A stretch of DNA of 64,000 nt from Acidobacteriota bacterium (GTDB lineage Bacteria > Acidobacteriota > UBA890 > WLXD01), in NCBI GenBank assembly GCA_965248695.1, contig CBDFKD010000002.1, positions 2,624,001 to 2,688,000 on the forward strand. The letters are read 5' to 3'. Of the stretch, positions 9,543 through 18,206 are shown piece by piece; the stretch's first letter is position 1; each line of letters opens with the position of its first letter. Below the pieces are notes generated by a model. The model ran no database searches. It saw only the letters and a list, made by a program, of their open reading frames with translations, and was not told where the DNA came from. The position numbers were made by a program, and so were the translations under genes.

Positions 9543-9908
9543 TTGCCTCACGTTCGACTCGACCAGGACCTGCGATCGGTTACCGACTTCCGGGCCAATG
9601 CAGCCGCCGTCATAGACGGCGTACGCGATACCCGGCGGCCGGTGGTGTTGACGCAGCACGGGCGCGGGGTGGTGGTTGTCATGGACGTACGCGAGTACCA
9701 GAGAATGATCGACGCGTTGGAGGAGCCTGCGCGCAGGACGCGCACGCCCCCCGCGCACGATCCAGTAGAGGCGTACAAGGACGGCGTCGATCGGACACTG
9801 CTGCGAGCGAATCTTGCGCGCCCGGCCGCGGAACGAATCCGCTGCTTGGAAGAGATGGCGAGCTTCGCCAACCGGCTGCGTCAGGCGCCGCGCCGCCCGC
9901 CAGAGTGA
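9543..9908 (+). CDS. Phd/YefM-family antitoxin fused to a second helical antitoxin-like module
   Basis: AGGAG RBS then TTG; SVTDFRAN...PVVLTQHGR..VVVMDV.EY (Phd fold); C-terminal DPVEAYKDGVDRTLLRANL...ERIR module. Confidence 0.78.
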   Translation: MPHVRLDQDLRSVTDFRANAAAVIDGVRDTRRPVVLTQHGRGVVVVMDVREYQRMIDALEEPARRTRTPPAHDPVEAYKDGVDRTLLRANLARPAAERIRCLEEMASFANRLRQAPRRPPE

Positions 9909-10384
9909 CCGAGTTCGCGCGGCTGATCGAGACGCTGACGACAGGCGGAATCCGCTTCGTGGTCGTCGGTGGCGTCGCGGCAACCGTGCACGGTTCGGCT
10001 CGGCTGACCCAAGATCTCGACGTCGTGTATGCCCGCGACGAGGACAACGTCGTTCGCCTGGTTGCCGCCCTGGCACCACTGACGCCTTACCTTCGAGGAG
10101 CACCGCCAGGGCTGCCCTTCGCTTGGGATGCCGCCACCCTTCGTGCCGGGTTGAACTTCACACTCACCACGCAGCTCGGTGACCTGGACCTGCTTGGGGA
10201 GATCGCTGGCGGTGGCGGCTACGAGCGCCTGGTTGGCGACACGATAGTGGTCGAGCTGGACGACATCGAGTTTCTTTGCCTGGGGTTGGAGCGCCTCATC
10301 GACGTCAAACGTGCAGCCGGCCGTCCCAAAGACCTCGAGGTGATCGCCGAGCTCGAGATCATCCGCGACGAGATTCGCTGCTAA
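9905..10384 (+). CDS. small nucleotidyltransferase (AbiEii/MNT-like), putative toxin
   Basis: FVVVGGVAATVHGSARLTQDLD motif; C-terminal KRAAGRPKD; GTGA overlap with the antitoxin gene. Confidence 0.82.
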   Translation: MTEFARLIETLTTGGIRFVVVGGVAATVHGSARLTQDLDVVYARDEDNVVRLVAALAPLTPYLRGAPPGLPFAWDAATLRAGLNFTLTTQLGDLDLLGEIAGGGGYERLVGDTIVVELDDIEFLCLGLERLIDVKRAAGRPKDLEVIAELEIIRDEIRC

Positions 10385-10451
10385 GGTGCGGCCCTCAGCT
10401 CAGCCTGAGCACCGCCATGTAACAGCCCCCGATAGCCCTGGAGGAAAGCCC

Positions 10452-12014
10452 ATGAGACCAGGCGCACGCCGAACCCCGGGACGAGCTGGCCTCTGCCTAC
10501 TGATCGTCGCCGTCCTGGGGCTGGCGTCACCCATCCAAGCGCAGACCGGAGAACGTTTCGACATCGTGCTAGCCGGCGGCCGAGTGCTCGACCCGGAGAC
10601 CGGCCTCGACGCGTTGCGCAACGTCGGCATTCGCGGCGACAGGATCGATGCGATCTCGGAGGGACCGCTGACCGGTGCGGTGGTCATCGACGTCAGCGGG
10701 CTGGTGGTGGCGCCCGGGTTCGTCGACCTGCACGCCCACGGTCAGGGCAACGCAGCCAACGCCTACCAGGCGCGCGATGGGGTTACCACGGCGCTCGAGC
10801 TCGAAAGCGGCGCGGGCGATGTCGAGACCTTCATCAACGAGCGCCGCGGTGACTCGATCCTGAATTTCGGCGTATCGGTATCGCACAGCTTCAATCGCGT
10901 CTGGGCGATGCCCGGGCGAGCCACCGAGACGGCGCGACTCGACGAGATGTTCGCGTCCGGGTCGGCGAGCACTGCGAAGGTACGCGAGCTCATGAGAGCC
11001 ATGGGAGGCACCGGCTACGACCCCATTGATCGCCAGGCGATCGGCGGACTCCGCGATCGATTCGCCCGCGGGCTGCGCGCCGGCGGCCTCGGGTTCGGAG
11101 TGCCACACCAGTACTACCCCGGCGCCGACTACGACGAGATCTTCCGCGTCTTCGAGATGGCCGCCGATTGGGACGTGCCTATCTACACGCATGTTCGCGG
11201 CATGGACGTCGGCGCGTTCCAGGAGGTCATCGCCAACGCCGCCGTCACCGGCGCACCGCTGCACATCGTGCACGTCAACAGCTCGGCCCTCGGCGACATG
11301 GCGACGGTGCTCGACATTATCGGCGCCGCGCAGGCCCGTGGCCTGGACGTCACCACCGAGTCCTATCCCTACACTGCCGGAGCCGCCGACATCAGCTCGG
11401 CGCTCTACGACGAGGGCTGGGAAGAGCTCCTGGGCATCAGCTACGGCGACCTCCAGTGGGTGGCCACCGGCGAGCGCCTCACCGAGGAGACCTTCAACAA
11501 GTACCGCGCTGAGGGCGGCATCGTGATCGACCACCTGATGAAACCGGAGTGGATCGAGCTGGCCATGCGCACGCCGTTCGTCATGGTGGCCTCGGACGGC
11601 TTGCAGTACTCGCCCGAGGCTCACCCGCGCAGCGCCGGGACCTTCTCGCGCTTCCTCGGCTACTACGTACGCGAGCTCGAGCTCCTACCGTTGATCGAGG
11701 CCGTCGGCAAGATCTCGCTGATGCCGGCGCAGCGTCTGCAAGAAGTTGCCCCGATGATGGCGCGCAAGGGACGCATCCAGGTAGGCGCCGATGCCGACAT
11801 CACCGTATTCGCACCCGGCTCCATCATCGACACCGCCACCTTCGAGGACGACCTGTCGTTCTCCGAGGGCGTCGAGCACGTGCTGGTCAACGGCACCTTC
11901 GTGGTGCGCGACGGGGAGAACGTACGGGGGGCGCGGCCGGGACGCCCGGTGCTCGGAAAGATGTACGCCGGATCGGACGAAGAGCCTAGCTCGCTACAGC
12001 GCGAAATACCTTGA
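10452..12014 (+). CDS. secreted N-acyl-D-amino-acid deacylase family amidohydrolase
   Basis: GGAGG RBS; signal peptide; APGFVDLHAH, ASDG, HPRSAGTF and KGRIQVGADADI motifs. Confidence 0.87.
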   Translation: MRPGARRTPGRAGLCLLIVAVLGLASPIQAQTGERFDIVLAGGRVLDPETGLDALRNVGIRGDRIDAISEGPLTGAVVIDVSGLVVAPGFVDLHAHGQGNAANAYQARDGVTTALELESGAGDVETFINERRGDSILNFGVSVSHSFNRVWAMPGRATETARLDEMFASGSASTAKVRELMRAMGGTGYDPIDRQAIGGLRDRFARGLRAGGLGFGVPHQYYPGADYDEIFRVFEMAADWDVPIYTHVRGMDVGAFQEVIANAAVTGAPLHIVHVNSSALGDMATVLDIIGAAQARGLDVTTESYPYTAGAADISSALYDEGWEELLGISYGDLQWVATGERLTEETFNKYRAEGGIVIDHLMKPEWIELAMRTPFVMVASDGLQYSPEAHPRSAGTFSRFLGYYVRELELLPLIEAVGKISLMPAQRLQEVAPMMARKGRIQVGADADITVFAPGSIIDTATFEDDLSFSEGVEHVLVNGTFVVRDGENVRGARPGRPVLGKMYAGSDEEPSSLQREIP

Positions 12015-13321
12015 TGTCGACATCCGGGTGCAGCAGGAGGATGCTGCCGGTACTGTCTCTCGCGCTCGCGGCAGTCGCCGGGCTGGCGGCTCAATCGCCG
12101 ACCGAGGAAGCGAGTTGGCGGCAGTGGGGCGGGCCGCACCGGAACTTCATCTCCGACGCGACGAGCCTTGCCGACTCATGGCCCGAGGGAGGTCCGCGCG
12201 AAATCTGGAGCCGCCCGCTTGGCCAGGGCCATTCGACGATCGTCGTCGACGACGCTCACCTCTACACGATGTACCGGCCGAACCTCGAGGGGGCAGGCGA
12301 CCAGTGGGCCACCGAAGAGCTCGTCGTGGCCCTGGACGCCGCTACCGGGGAGACGATCTGGGAGTACGCCTACGGCTCTCAGCCCTTGAACTTCAGGTTC
12401 GGCGCAGGGCCGCACTCGACGCCGCTCATCGTCGGTGATCGGCTGTTCACCGCCGGCACGAACAAGCAGCTCCACGCCTTCGACAAGCGAACCGGCGAAG
12501 TTCTTTGGTCGCACAATCTCGTCGCCGAGTACGGTGCGCCGGCGACGTTGATCCGCCCGGCCGTTACCGCCGGGTACGCCGTCAGCCCGCTGGCGTACAA
12601 CAACACGGTGATCGCAACCGCCGGTGGCGACGGGCAGTCGGTGATGGCCTTCAACCAGAGCGACGGTTCGCTGGTCTGGAAGAACGGCGACTTTCTGATC
12701 GCGCCCTCTTCGCCGATCCTGATCGAGCTCGAGGGCGAGACCCAGCTCGTTGTCGTGGGGGGCCAGACGGTCAACGGGCTGAACCCGAACACCGGTGAGA
12801 TCCTCTGGAGCCATCCGCACGACACCAATGGCGACATGAACAACACGACGGCGGTATGGGGAGAGGACAATGTGTTGTTCGTCTCAGCCGCTTATAACTC
12901 GGGCAGCCGCGGCATGCGTTTGTCCAAGTCGGGTGACGGCACCGAGGTCGACGAGCTCTGGTTCAGTCGCGACATGCAGATCATGTTCGGTAGCACGATT
13001 CGGTTGGGCGACTTCATCTACGGAAGCAGCGGCGGCTTCGGCCCGGCGTTCATTACGGCGCTCGACCTGCGAACGGGGACCGCGGCATGGAAGGAACGCG
13101 GGTTCTCCCGGTCGCAGCTTCTCTACGCCGATGACAAAGCGATCATCCTCGACGAGGACGGCAACTTGGCGTTGACGGAGATTTCACCGGAGGGCCTGAC
13201 GGTCACGTCGACGGCTGAAGTGCTGACCGGTACGTCATGGACGGCGCCGACCCTCGTCGGCACGATCCTCTACCTGCGGGACCGGCAATCGATCAAGGCG
13301 CTGGATATCGGCGAACGCTGA
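12014..13321 (+). CDS. secreted PQQ-like (BamB-type) beta-propeller protein
   Basis: TGATG coupling (alternative start 12041); WRQWGGPHRN; repeated ALD..TGE..W blades. Confidence 0.85.
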   Translation: MSTSGCSRRMLPVLSLALAAVAGLAAQSPTEEASWRQWGGPHRNFISDATSLADSWPEGGPREIWSRPLGQGHSTIVVDDAHLYTMYRPNLEGAGDQWATEELVVALDAATGETIWEYAYGSQPLNFRFGAGPHSTPLIVGDRLFTAGTNKQLHAFDKRTGEVLWSHNLVAEYGAPATLIRPAVTAGYAVSPLAYNNTVIATAGGDGQSVMAFNQSDGSLVWKNGDFLIAPSSPILIELEGETQLVVVGGQTVNGLNPNTGEILWSHPHDTNGDMNNTTAVWGEDNVLFVSAAYNSGSRGMRLSKSGDGTEVDELWFSRDMQIMFGSTIRLGDFIYGSSGGFGPAFITALDLRTGTAAWKERGFSRSQLLYADDKAIILDEDGNLALTEISPEGLTVTSTAEVLTGTSWTAPTLVGTILYLRDRQSIKALDIGER

Positions 13322-13345
13322 GCAAGCCAGCCCGCCTAGCGACGG

Positions 13346-15772
13346 TCAGGCACGTAGGGCGCTGTTCGGATCGATGCGTGCCGCACGCGCCGCCGGCAGC
13401 AAGCAAGCAAGCAGGCCGGTCACGGCGAGCACCAGGGTGATCAACGCGTAGATCGACACGTCGCGTGGATCGACCTGGAACAGCACCAACTCGAGGCCGC
13501 CTGCGGCCAGCATCGCGAGTCCGAGCCCCAGCACCAGACCGAAAGCGATCTGCCAGAGCCCCTGTCGCAGGACGAGCCCCAGCACGTGCCCGCTGTTGGC
13601 GCCCAGCGCCATGCGGATGCCGACCTCGGCGGTACGGCGCCGAACCGCAAACGACATCACGCCGTACAGGCCGATCGAAGCAAGGAACAGTGCGACGAAA
13701 CCGAACACCATGAACAGCGATCCGAAGACCCGGAAGAACCAGGTATCGGCCTCGATCTGTGTCTGCAGCGTTTGCACCCAGTAGATCGGCAGGTCGGGAT
13801 CGAGCGCGCTCACCGCCTGGCGCACCGCGCCCGCCTGGCTCAATGGCTCGTCGGCGGTGAGCACCGCGAGGCTCGCGAAGTTGAGGTCGTTCTGCGCCAG
13901 CGCCAGATAGACGCCCTCGGGCCCACGATCACCGAGGTCCCCGACCCCGGGCATCTGCAGATCCGGCGCCACCCCGACTATGGTGAGCCAGGGGTCGTTG
14001 GTGTCGGGATCCGAGCCGAGTCGAAAACGACGCCCGAGAGCGTCTTGGCCGGCGTAGAAACGCTCCGCGAAGCTCGTGTTGACGATCGCAACGGGCAAGC
14101 TCTCGGCGGTGTCCAACTGGTTGAAGTCACGCCCCTGGAGGAGCCGCGCCTCGAAGGTGTCGAAGAGCCCCGGGCCGGTGATGACGGCGCTGGCGCGGGG
14201 GTAGTCTTCGCGGTTCGGGTACGACTCACCTTCGACCGCGAACCGACTCGACCCTGACTGTTGACTGCCCGGCAAGGCTTGGGTGACGACGGCGCCACGG
14301 GCGCCGGGCAGGCCGTCGAGACGACGCTGCAGATCGGCGAAGAACTGGCGGCGCTGCTCCACCTCCGGATAGTCGGCGGCGAAGAGGCCGACCCGGGCAG
14401 TGAGCACGTCGGTCCTGAATCCCAGATCGAGGTTGCTGAGCTGCGCCACGCTCTTGATCATCAAGCCGGCACCGACCAGCAGACCACACGAGAGCGCCAC
14501 CTCGGCCACCACCAGCACCCTGCTAAGGCGTCCCATGCGGAACCCGGAGGAGCCCCGGGATTCATCCTTGAGCACGTCGCTGAGATTCGATCCGGAAACC
14601 TGCAGCGCTGGAACCAGGCCGGCGACCAGACTGGCTATCACCACCACCGCGCTGGTGAACGCCAGCACCACCCAATCGATATCAACCTGGATCCGGTAGG
14701 GCTTCTGAACGCCCGCCAGCGCACTGTTGAACATCACCACGCCGACCTTGGCAACGATCAGTCCGAGGGCGCCCCCGATCGATGCCAGCACCAAGACCTC
14801 AGTCAGGAACTGTGAGATCACTCGCCAGCGGCCCGCCCCCAGCGCCGTACGCACGGCGACTTCCTTGGACCGATCGATGGCGCGTGCGAGCAACAGGTTG
14901 GCGACGTTGGCGCAGGCAATGAGCAGCACCATGAACACCGCTCCCTGCATGGTCCACAACATGACGACCACGGGCTCGTTGAGGTACCTGCGTGTGAACG
15001 GCCTGACGATCGCCCGCACGCCCTCGTTGGTGTCCGGATGGTCCGCCGCGATGCGCGACGCGATCCCATCCATCTCTTCCAGAGCAGCCTCGATGCTGAT
15101 GCCATCGCGAAGTCGTCCCACAGCAGCCAGACCGGTGCCGGTGCCGCGCCCGTCGAGCGCCGCCAGATCGATCGCAAGCGGCAACCACGCCTCCTCGGCC
15201 ATCGGGAAACCGAAGCCCGGCGGCATGACACCGACGATGGTGCCGGGGCGCCCGTTGATGCGCACCGCCGCGCCAACCACGGCCGGATCACTCTGGAACT
15301 GGTTTTCCCACACCTCGTGGCCAATCAGCAGCGCCGGGTCGGCTCCCGGCCGCGCATCTTCAGGCATGAGAGCACGGCCTAGCGCCGGAGCGGCACCGAT
15401 CAACGGGAAGATCGACGGCGTCATGAAGGCGCCATCGAAGCGCAACGGACGCTCACTGCCGCTGACGTTGATCGTGCCCTGATAGTAGGCACCGAACTGC
15501 TCGAAGCTCGTCTGTTGGGCGGCCCAGTCAACGTAGTCGTGCTGAGACACCGCCATCTGGTCGATGCCGAGCGAGGGATTGGTGCGGTCGAGCGCGACGA
15601 TCTCGTGGGCATCCTCGAACGGCAGCTCCGTCAAGGCCCCATGGACGATCGAGTACATCGTGGTGGTCAGGCCAATCCCGAGCGCCAGAGCGAGCACCGA
15701 GATGGCGGAGGTGGTCGGCTGCTTGATCAACATGCGCAACCCGAAGCGGACGTTCTGTACCAAGGTGGCCAT
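13346..15772 (-). CDS. ADOP-type duplicated ABC permease (MacB/FtsX domains, no ATPase)
   Basis: LALGIGLTT, LLIACANVANLLLAR, EVAVRTALGA, GLYGVMSF.V.RRT.EVGIRMALGA. Confidence 0.92.
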   Translation of the reverse strand: MATLVQNVRFGLRMLIKQPTTSAISVLALALGIGLTTTMYSIVHGALTELPFEDAHEIVALDRTNPSLGIDQMAVSQHDYVDWAAQQTSFEQFGAYYQGTINVSGSERPLRFDGAFMTPSIFPLIGAAPALGRALMPEDARPGADPALLIGHEVWENQFQSDPAVVGAAVRINGRPGTIVGVMPPGFGFPMAEEAWLPLAIDLAALDGRGTGTGLAAVGRLRDGISIEAALEEMDGIASRIAADHPDTNEGVRAIVRPFTRRYLNEPVVVMLWTMQGAVFMVLLIACANVANLLLARAIDRSKEVAVRTALGAGRWRVISQFLTEVLVLASIGGALGLIVAKVGVVMFNSALAGVQKPYRIQVDIDWVVLAFTSAVVVIASLVAGLVPALQVSGSNLSDVLKDESRGSSGFRMGRLSRVLVVAEVALSCGLLVGAGLMIKSVAQLSNLDLGFRTDVLTARVGLFAADYPEVEQRRQFFADLQRRLDGLPGARGAVVTQALPGSQQSGSSRFAVEGESYPNREDYPRASAVITGPGLFDTFEARLLQGRDFNQLDTAESLPVAIVNTSFAERFYAGQDALGRRFRLGSDPDTNDPWLTIVGVAPDLQMPGVGDLGDRGPEGVYLALAQNDLNFASLAVLTADEPLSQAGAVRQAVSALDPDLPIYWVQTLQTQIEADTWFFRVFGSLFMVFGFVALFLASIGLYGVMSFAVRRRTAEVGIRMALGANSGHVLGLVLRQGLWQIAFGLVLGLGLAMLAAGGLELVLFQVDPRDVSIYALITLVLAVTGLLACLLPAARAARIDPNSALRA

Positions 15773-15939
15773 GGGCGCTGGATCTCCGGAGCCGGTCGCC
15801 GCCGCGGATCAGCCACGGGCGGGCGCGTGGTTGTCGTCTGCTTGGTTACGACGCGGAAGAGGTCCGATCGGTTTCATAAACCGCGCTCCTGTCATCGCCC
15901 AGCTTGTGGCGCGCCCTGCGCAGTTGCTTGGGCTCGAGG

Positions 15940-16111
15940 AATCCGCCAGGATACGGGCCACAGTGCGGGTGGCGGCAACCACGTCTCTGTGCGCGTCGAT
16001 GTTCACGATGTTGAGGCAATGCAAGCGGCCTTGGAGTCACCAGAGATCGAGGAGGCGAAGCAAGCTCATGGCGTGCTCGAACCGATCTCGGCCTTCATCG
16101 AGAACAGCTGA
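15940..16111 (+). pseudogene. orphan C-terminal fragment of a small alpha/beta (cyclase/ABM-like) protein
   Basis: Protein-like NHVSVRVDVHDVEAMQAALESPEIEEAKQAHGVLEPISAFIE with no credible start or RBS. Confidence 0.35.
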
Positions 16112-16151
16112 AGCTTCGCCAAAGACTGCCCGGGAGCCGTAGGCGGAGTCG

Positions 16152-16817
16152 ATGACCCTCACACGAGCTCTGCGGGCCGGCATCGACCGCTGGCTGCATC
16201 GTCACCCGTTCGAGGGTCGCTACGCGGAGCGTTACAGACTCCATCAACGCCGTGCTTTCGGGGATCTCGACGAGCGACTGCTCCGAGACCTGCATGCGCC
16301 ACTCACGACAGCCCGAACCGTTCTCGATCTCGGCTCGGGGCCCGGCGATTTCGGTCGACGAGTTGCGTGCGCGCACCCGCATTTGCGGCTGCTGGCCGTG
16401 GATCCGAGCGAGACCTATGCGCCTCAGCTCGTCCGCGGAGCCTTGAATCTGGACCAGCTGCGGGCAACCGGGGAGTATCTACCGCTTGCCGACGAGAGCG
16501 TCGATCTGGCGGTGTGTCTAAGCTCCCTACGTCACTTTCGCAACCGCGTTCAAGGGTTGCGAGAACTGCGTCGCGTTGTAAGGCCTTGCGGTTGCGCGGT
16601 GGTCGTAGAGCTCGATCCGCACGCGTCGGCGCCGCGGCGGCAGCGCCACCTCCGACGGCTGCGATCCCGCTGGGGGCGACTCGTCTTCACGCCCTTCGTT
16701 CTGCGGCCCGCTCCGAGCGCCGATGAAATGGTCCAGTTCGCGAGAGATGCGGGCTGGGGTGAGGTCTCATCGGAGGTCGATGCGCAGCAGCCGGTCTACC
16801 GGCTGACGCTAACCTGA
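16152..16817 (+). CDS. class I SAM-dependent methyltransferase
   Basis: VLDLGSGPG, LAVDPS, LPLADESVDL and LRELRRVVRP motifs; GGAG RBS. Confidence 0.85.
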   Translation: MTLTRALRAGIDRWLHRHPFEGRYAERYRLHQRRAFGDLDERLLRDLHAPLTTARTVLDLGSGPGDFGRRVACAHPHLRLLAVDPSETYAPQLVRGALNLDQLRATGEYLPLADESVDLAVCLSSLRHFRNRVQGLRELRRVVRPCGCAVVVELDPHASAPRRQRHLRRLRSRWGRLVFTPFVLRPAPSADEMVQFARDAGWGEVSSEVDAQQPVYRLTLT

Positions 16818-17027
16818 GCCCGGGGCATCCTCGTCGTTCGGATCGGCTTGATCGGCCTGCTCGGCGCTCGGCTTCCTGCTGCGCTGACCCGTAGCCAGGG
16901 CCGCACCGATGGCGATCCCGGTACCCATGTTGTCCATCGCTGCTCCCAGCCCCACACCAACCGCGATACCGATGCCCATGCCTGAGGCGCCATTCGAGCG
17001 GTCGTCAGGTTTCTCTGGAGTCTGCAT
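16809..17027 (-). CDS. small glycine-zipper membrane protein
   Basis: GGAGG RBS; GMGIGIAVGVGLGAAMDNMGTGIAIGAAL. Confidence 0.65.
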   Translation of the reverse strand: MQTPEKPDDRSNGASGMGIGIAVGVGLGAAMDNMGTGIAIGAALATGQRSRKPSAEQADQADPNDEDAPGSG

Positions 17028-17079
17028 CAAGTCCTCCGGGCACCTGGACCGCGACATCACGGACCAGAGCCCTCGCCCG

Positions 17080-17559
17080 TCATCGTGCGGAGGGCCGCAC
17101 CTCGGCAACCACATCTAGCACGCCGTCATTCTCCTCGAGGATGTCGTCGTTGACCATCAGGAAGAGCATTCCGGCACGTGCGACGGTGCGCTCGACGCGC
17201 GTGCCGACCAGGAAGTGCTCACCGGATTCGCCGATCTTGGCGATCAGCGCCAGGCCGGTGAGATCGTTCGCCGGCCAGGTGCCGAGGTGCGGATCGGCGT
17301 CGGCAATGCCCTCCGGACCCGTCTGGTGACCGGCCGAATGAAACGTGTAGCGGCCGGTCGCGCTGAGCGCCAGCACGTCGCCGACGCGCACCTCCAGCCC
17401 GGACGCCTGCCACGAAAGGTCCGACTGCACGGCGATCGTCGAACGCCCGGCCGACCCCACTGCGACGTCGCCTCCACCGTCAGCACGTCCCGTCCACCAG
17501 AGGCCTGCCGTCACGGCCAGAGCTGCGATGACAAAAACGACCGCAATTGTTCGTCGCAT
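17080..17559 (-). CDS. membrane-anchored or secreted LecA/PA-IL-like beta-sandwich protein
   Basis: N-terminal hydrophobic helix; WQASGL.V..GD.L.LSATG, ALIAKIG....FLVG and LFLMVND....NDG patterns. Confidence 0.65.
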   Translation of the reverse strand: MRRTIAVVFVIAALAVTAGLWWTGRADGGGDVAVGSAGRSTIAVQSDLSWQASGLEVRVGDVLALSATGRYTFHSAGHQTGPEGIADADPHLGTWPANDLTGLALIAKIGESGEHFLVGTRVERTVARAGMLFLMVNDDILEENDGVLDVVAEVRPSAR

Positions 17560-17673
17560 TACCACGCTCCGGAAACCCGTTCTCGCGCTTGCCAACCGCA
17601 CGAATAAGGACCGGGCCACCGTAGCGCGTGGCCCGGGCCTTATCTCAGCAACCGCTGTAGGGCAGCTCGGCGA

Positions 17674-18009
17674 TCAGGCAGCCGGCATGATCCTGGCCTT
17701 GAGCTGCATCAGCACGAACCCGACAGCCATACCCTGGACGCCGGTGGCGACGCCATCGAGCGCCGAGTTGACCCAGGAACCGACGACTGGGATGACATCC
17801 AGACTGTCGGAAAAGACGGGGAGTGCCACGGCGACGACATAGATCACCGTGCGTTCGCCAACATCAGCGCTGTCGCCACCCATGACGCCGGCGACCAGAC
17901 CCAGGACTACGAGGGCGAGCCCCATGTAGGGCACGGCTCCTGCAACGGCCGGGACGGTTCCCAGGACCGCGATGACTACGATCAGGGCTATGAGGAGACG
18001 TTCGGACAT
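17674..18009 (-). CDS. hypothetical small multi-pass membrane protein
   Basis: TAAGGAGG RBS; three to four hydrophobic segments. Confidence 0.75.
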   Translation of the reverse strand: MSERLLIALIVVIAVLGTVPAVAGAVPYMGLALVVLGLVAGVMGGDSADVGERTVIYVVAVALPVFSDSLDVIPVVGSWVNSALDGVATGVQGMAVGFVLMQLKARIMPAA

Positions 18010-18206
18010 CAGATCCTCCTTATCACCCGCGCCACCACGAACAACGCGAAAACGCGGACTTCGAAAGCCACCGGCGTGCTAGGGGGAGCCGGTGACCATG
18101 GGGGCACTGAAGCCGAAGCGGAAGAATTTTGCAACCGTAGCGGGTTTGATCATGGGGCCGCCCATCGCTGACGTCGGCCTCTCGTTCCGACGCTCGTATC
18201 CCGCGA

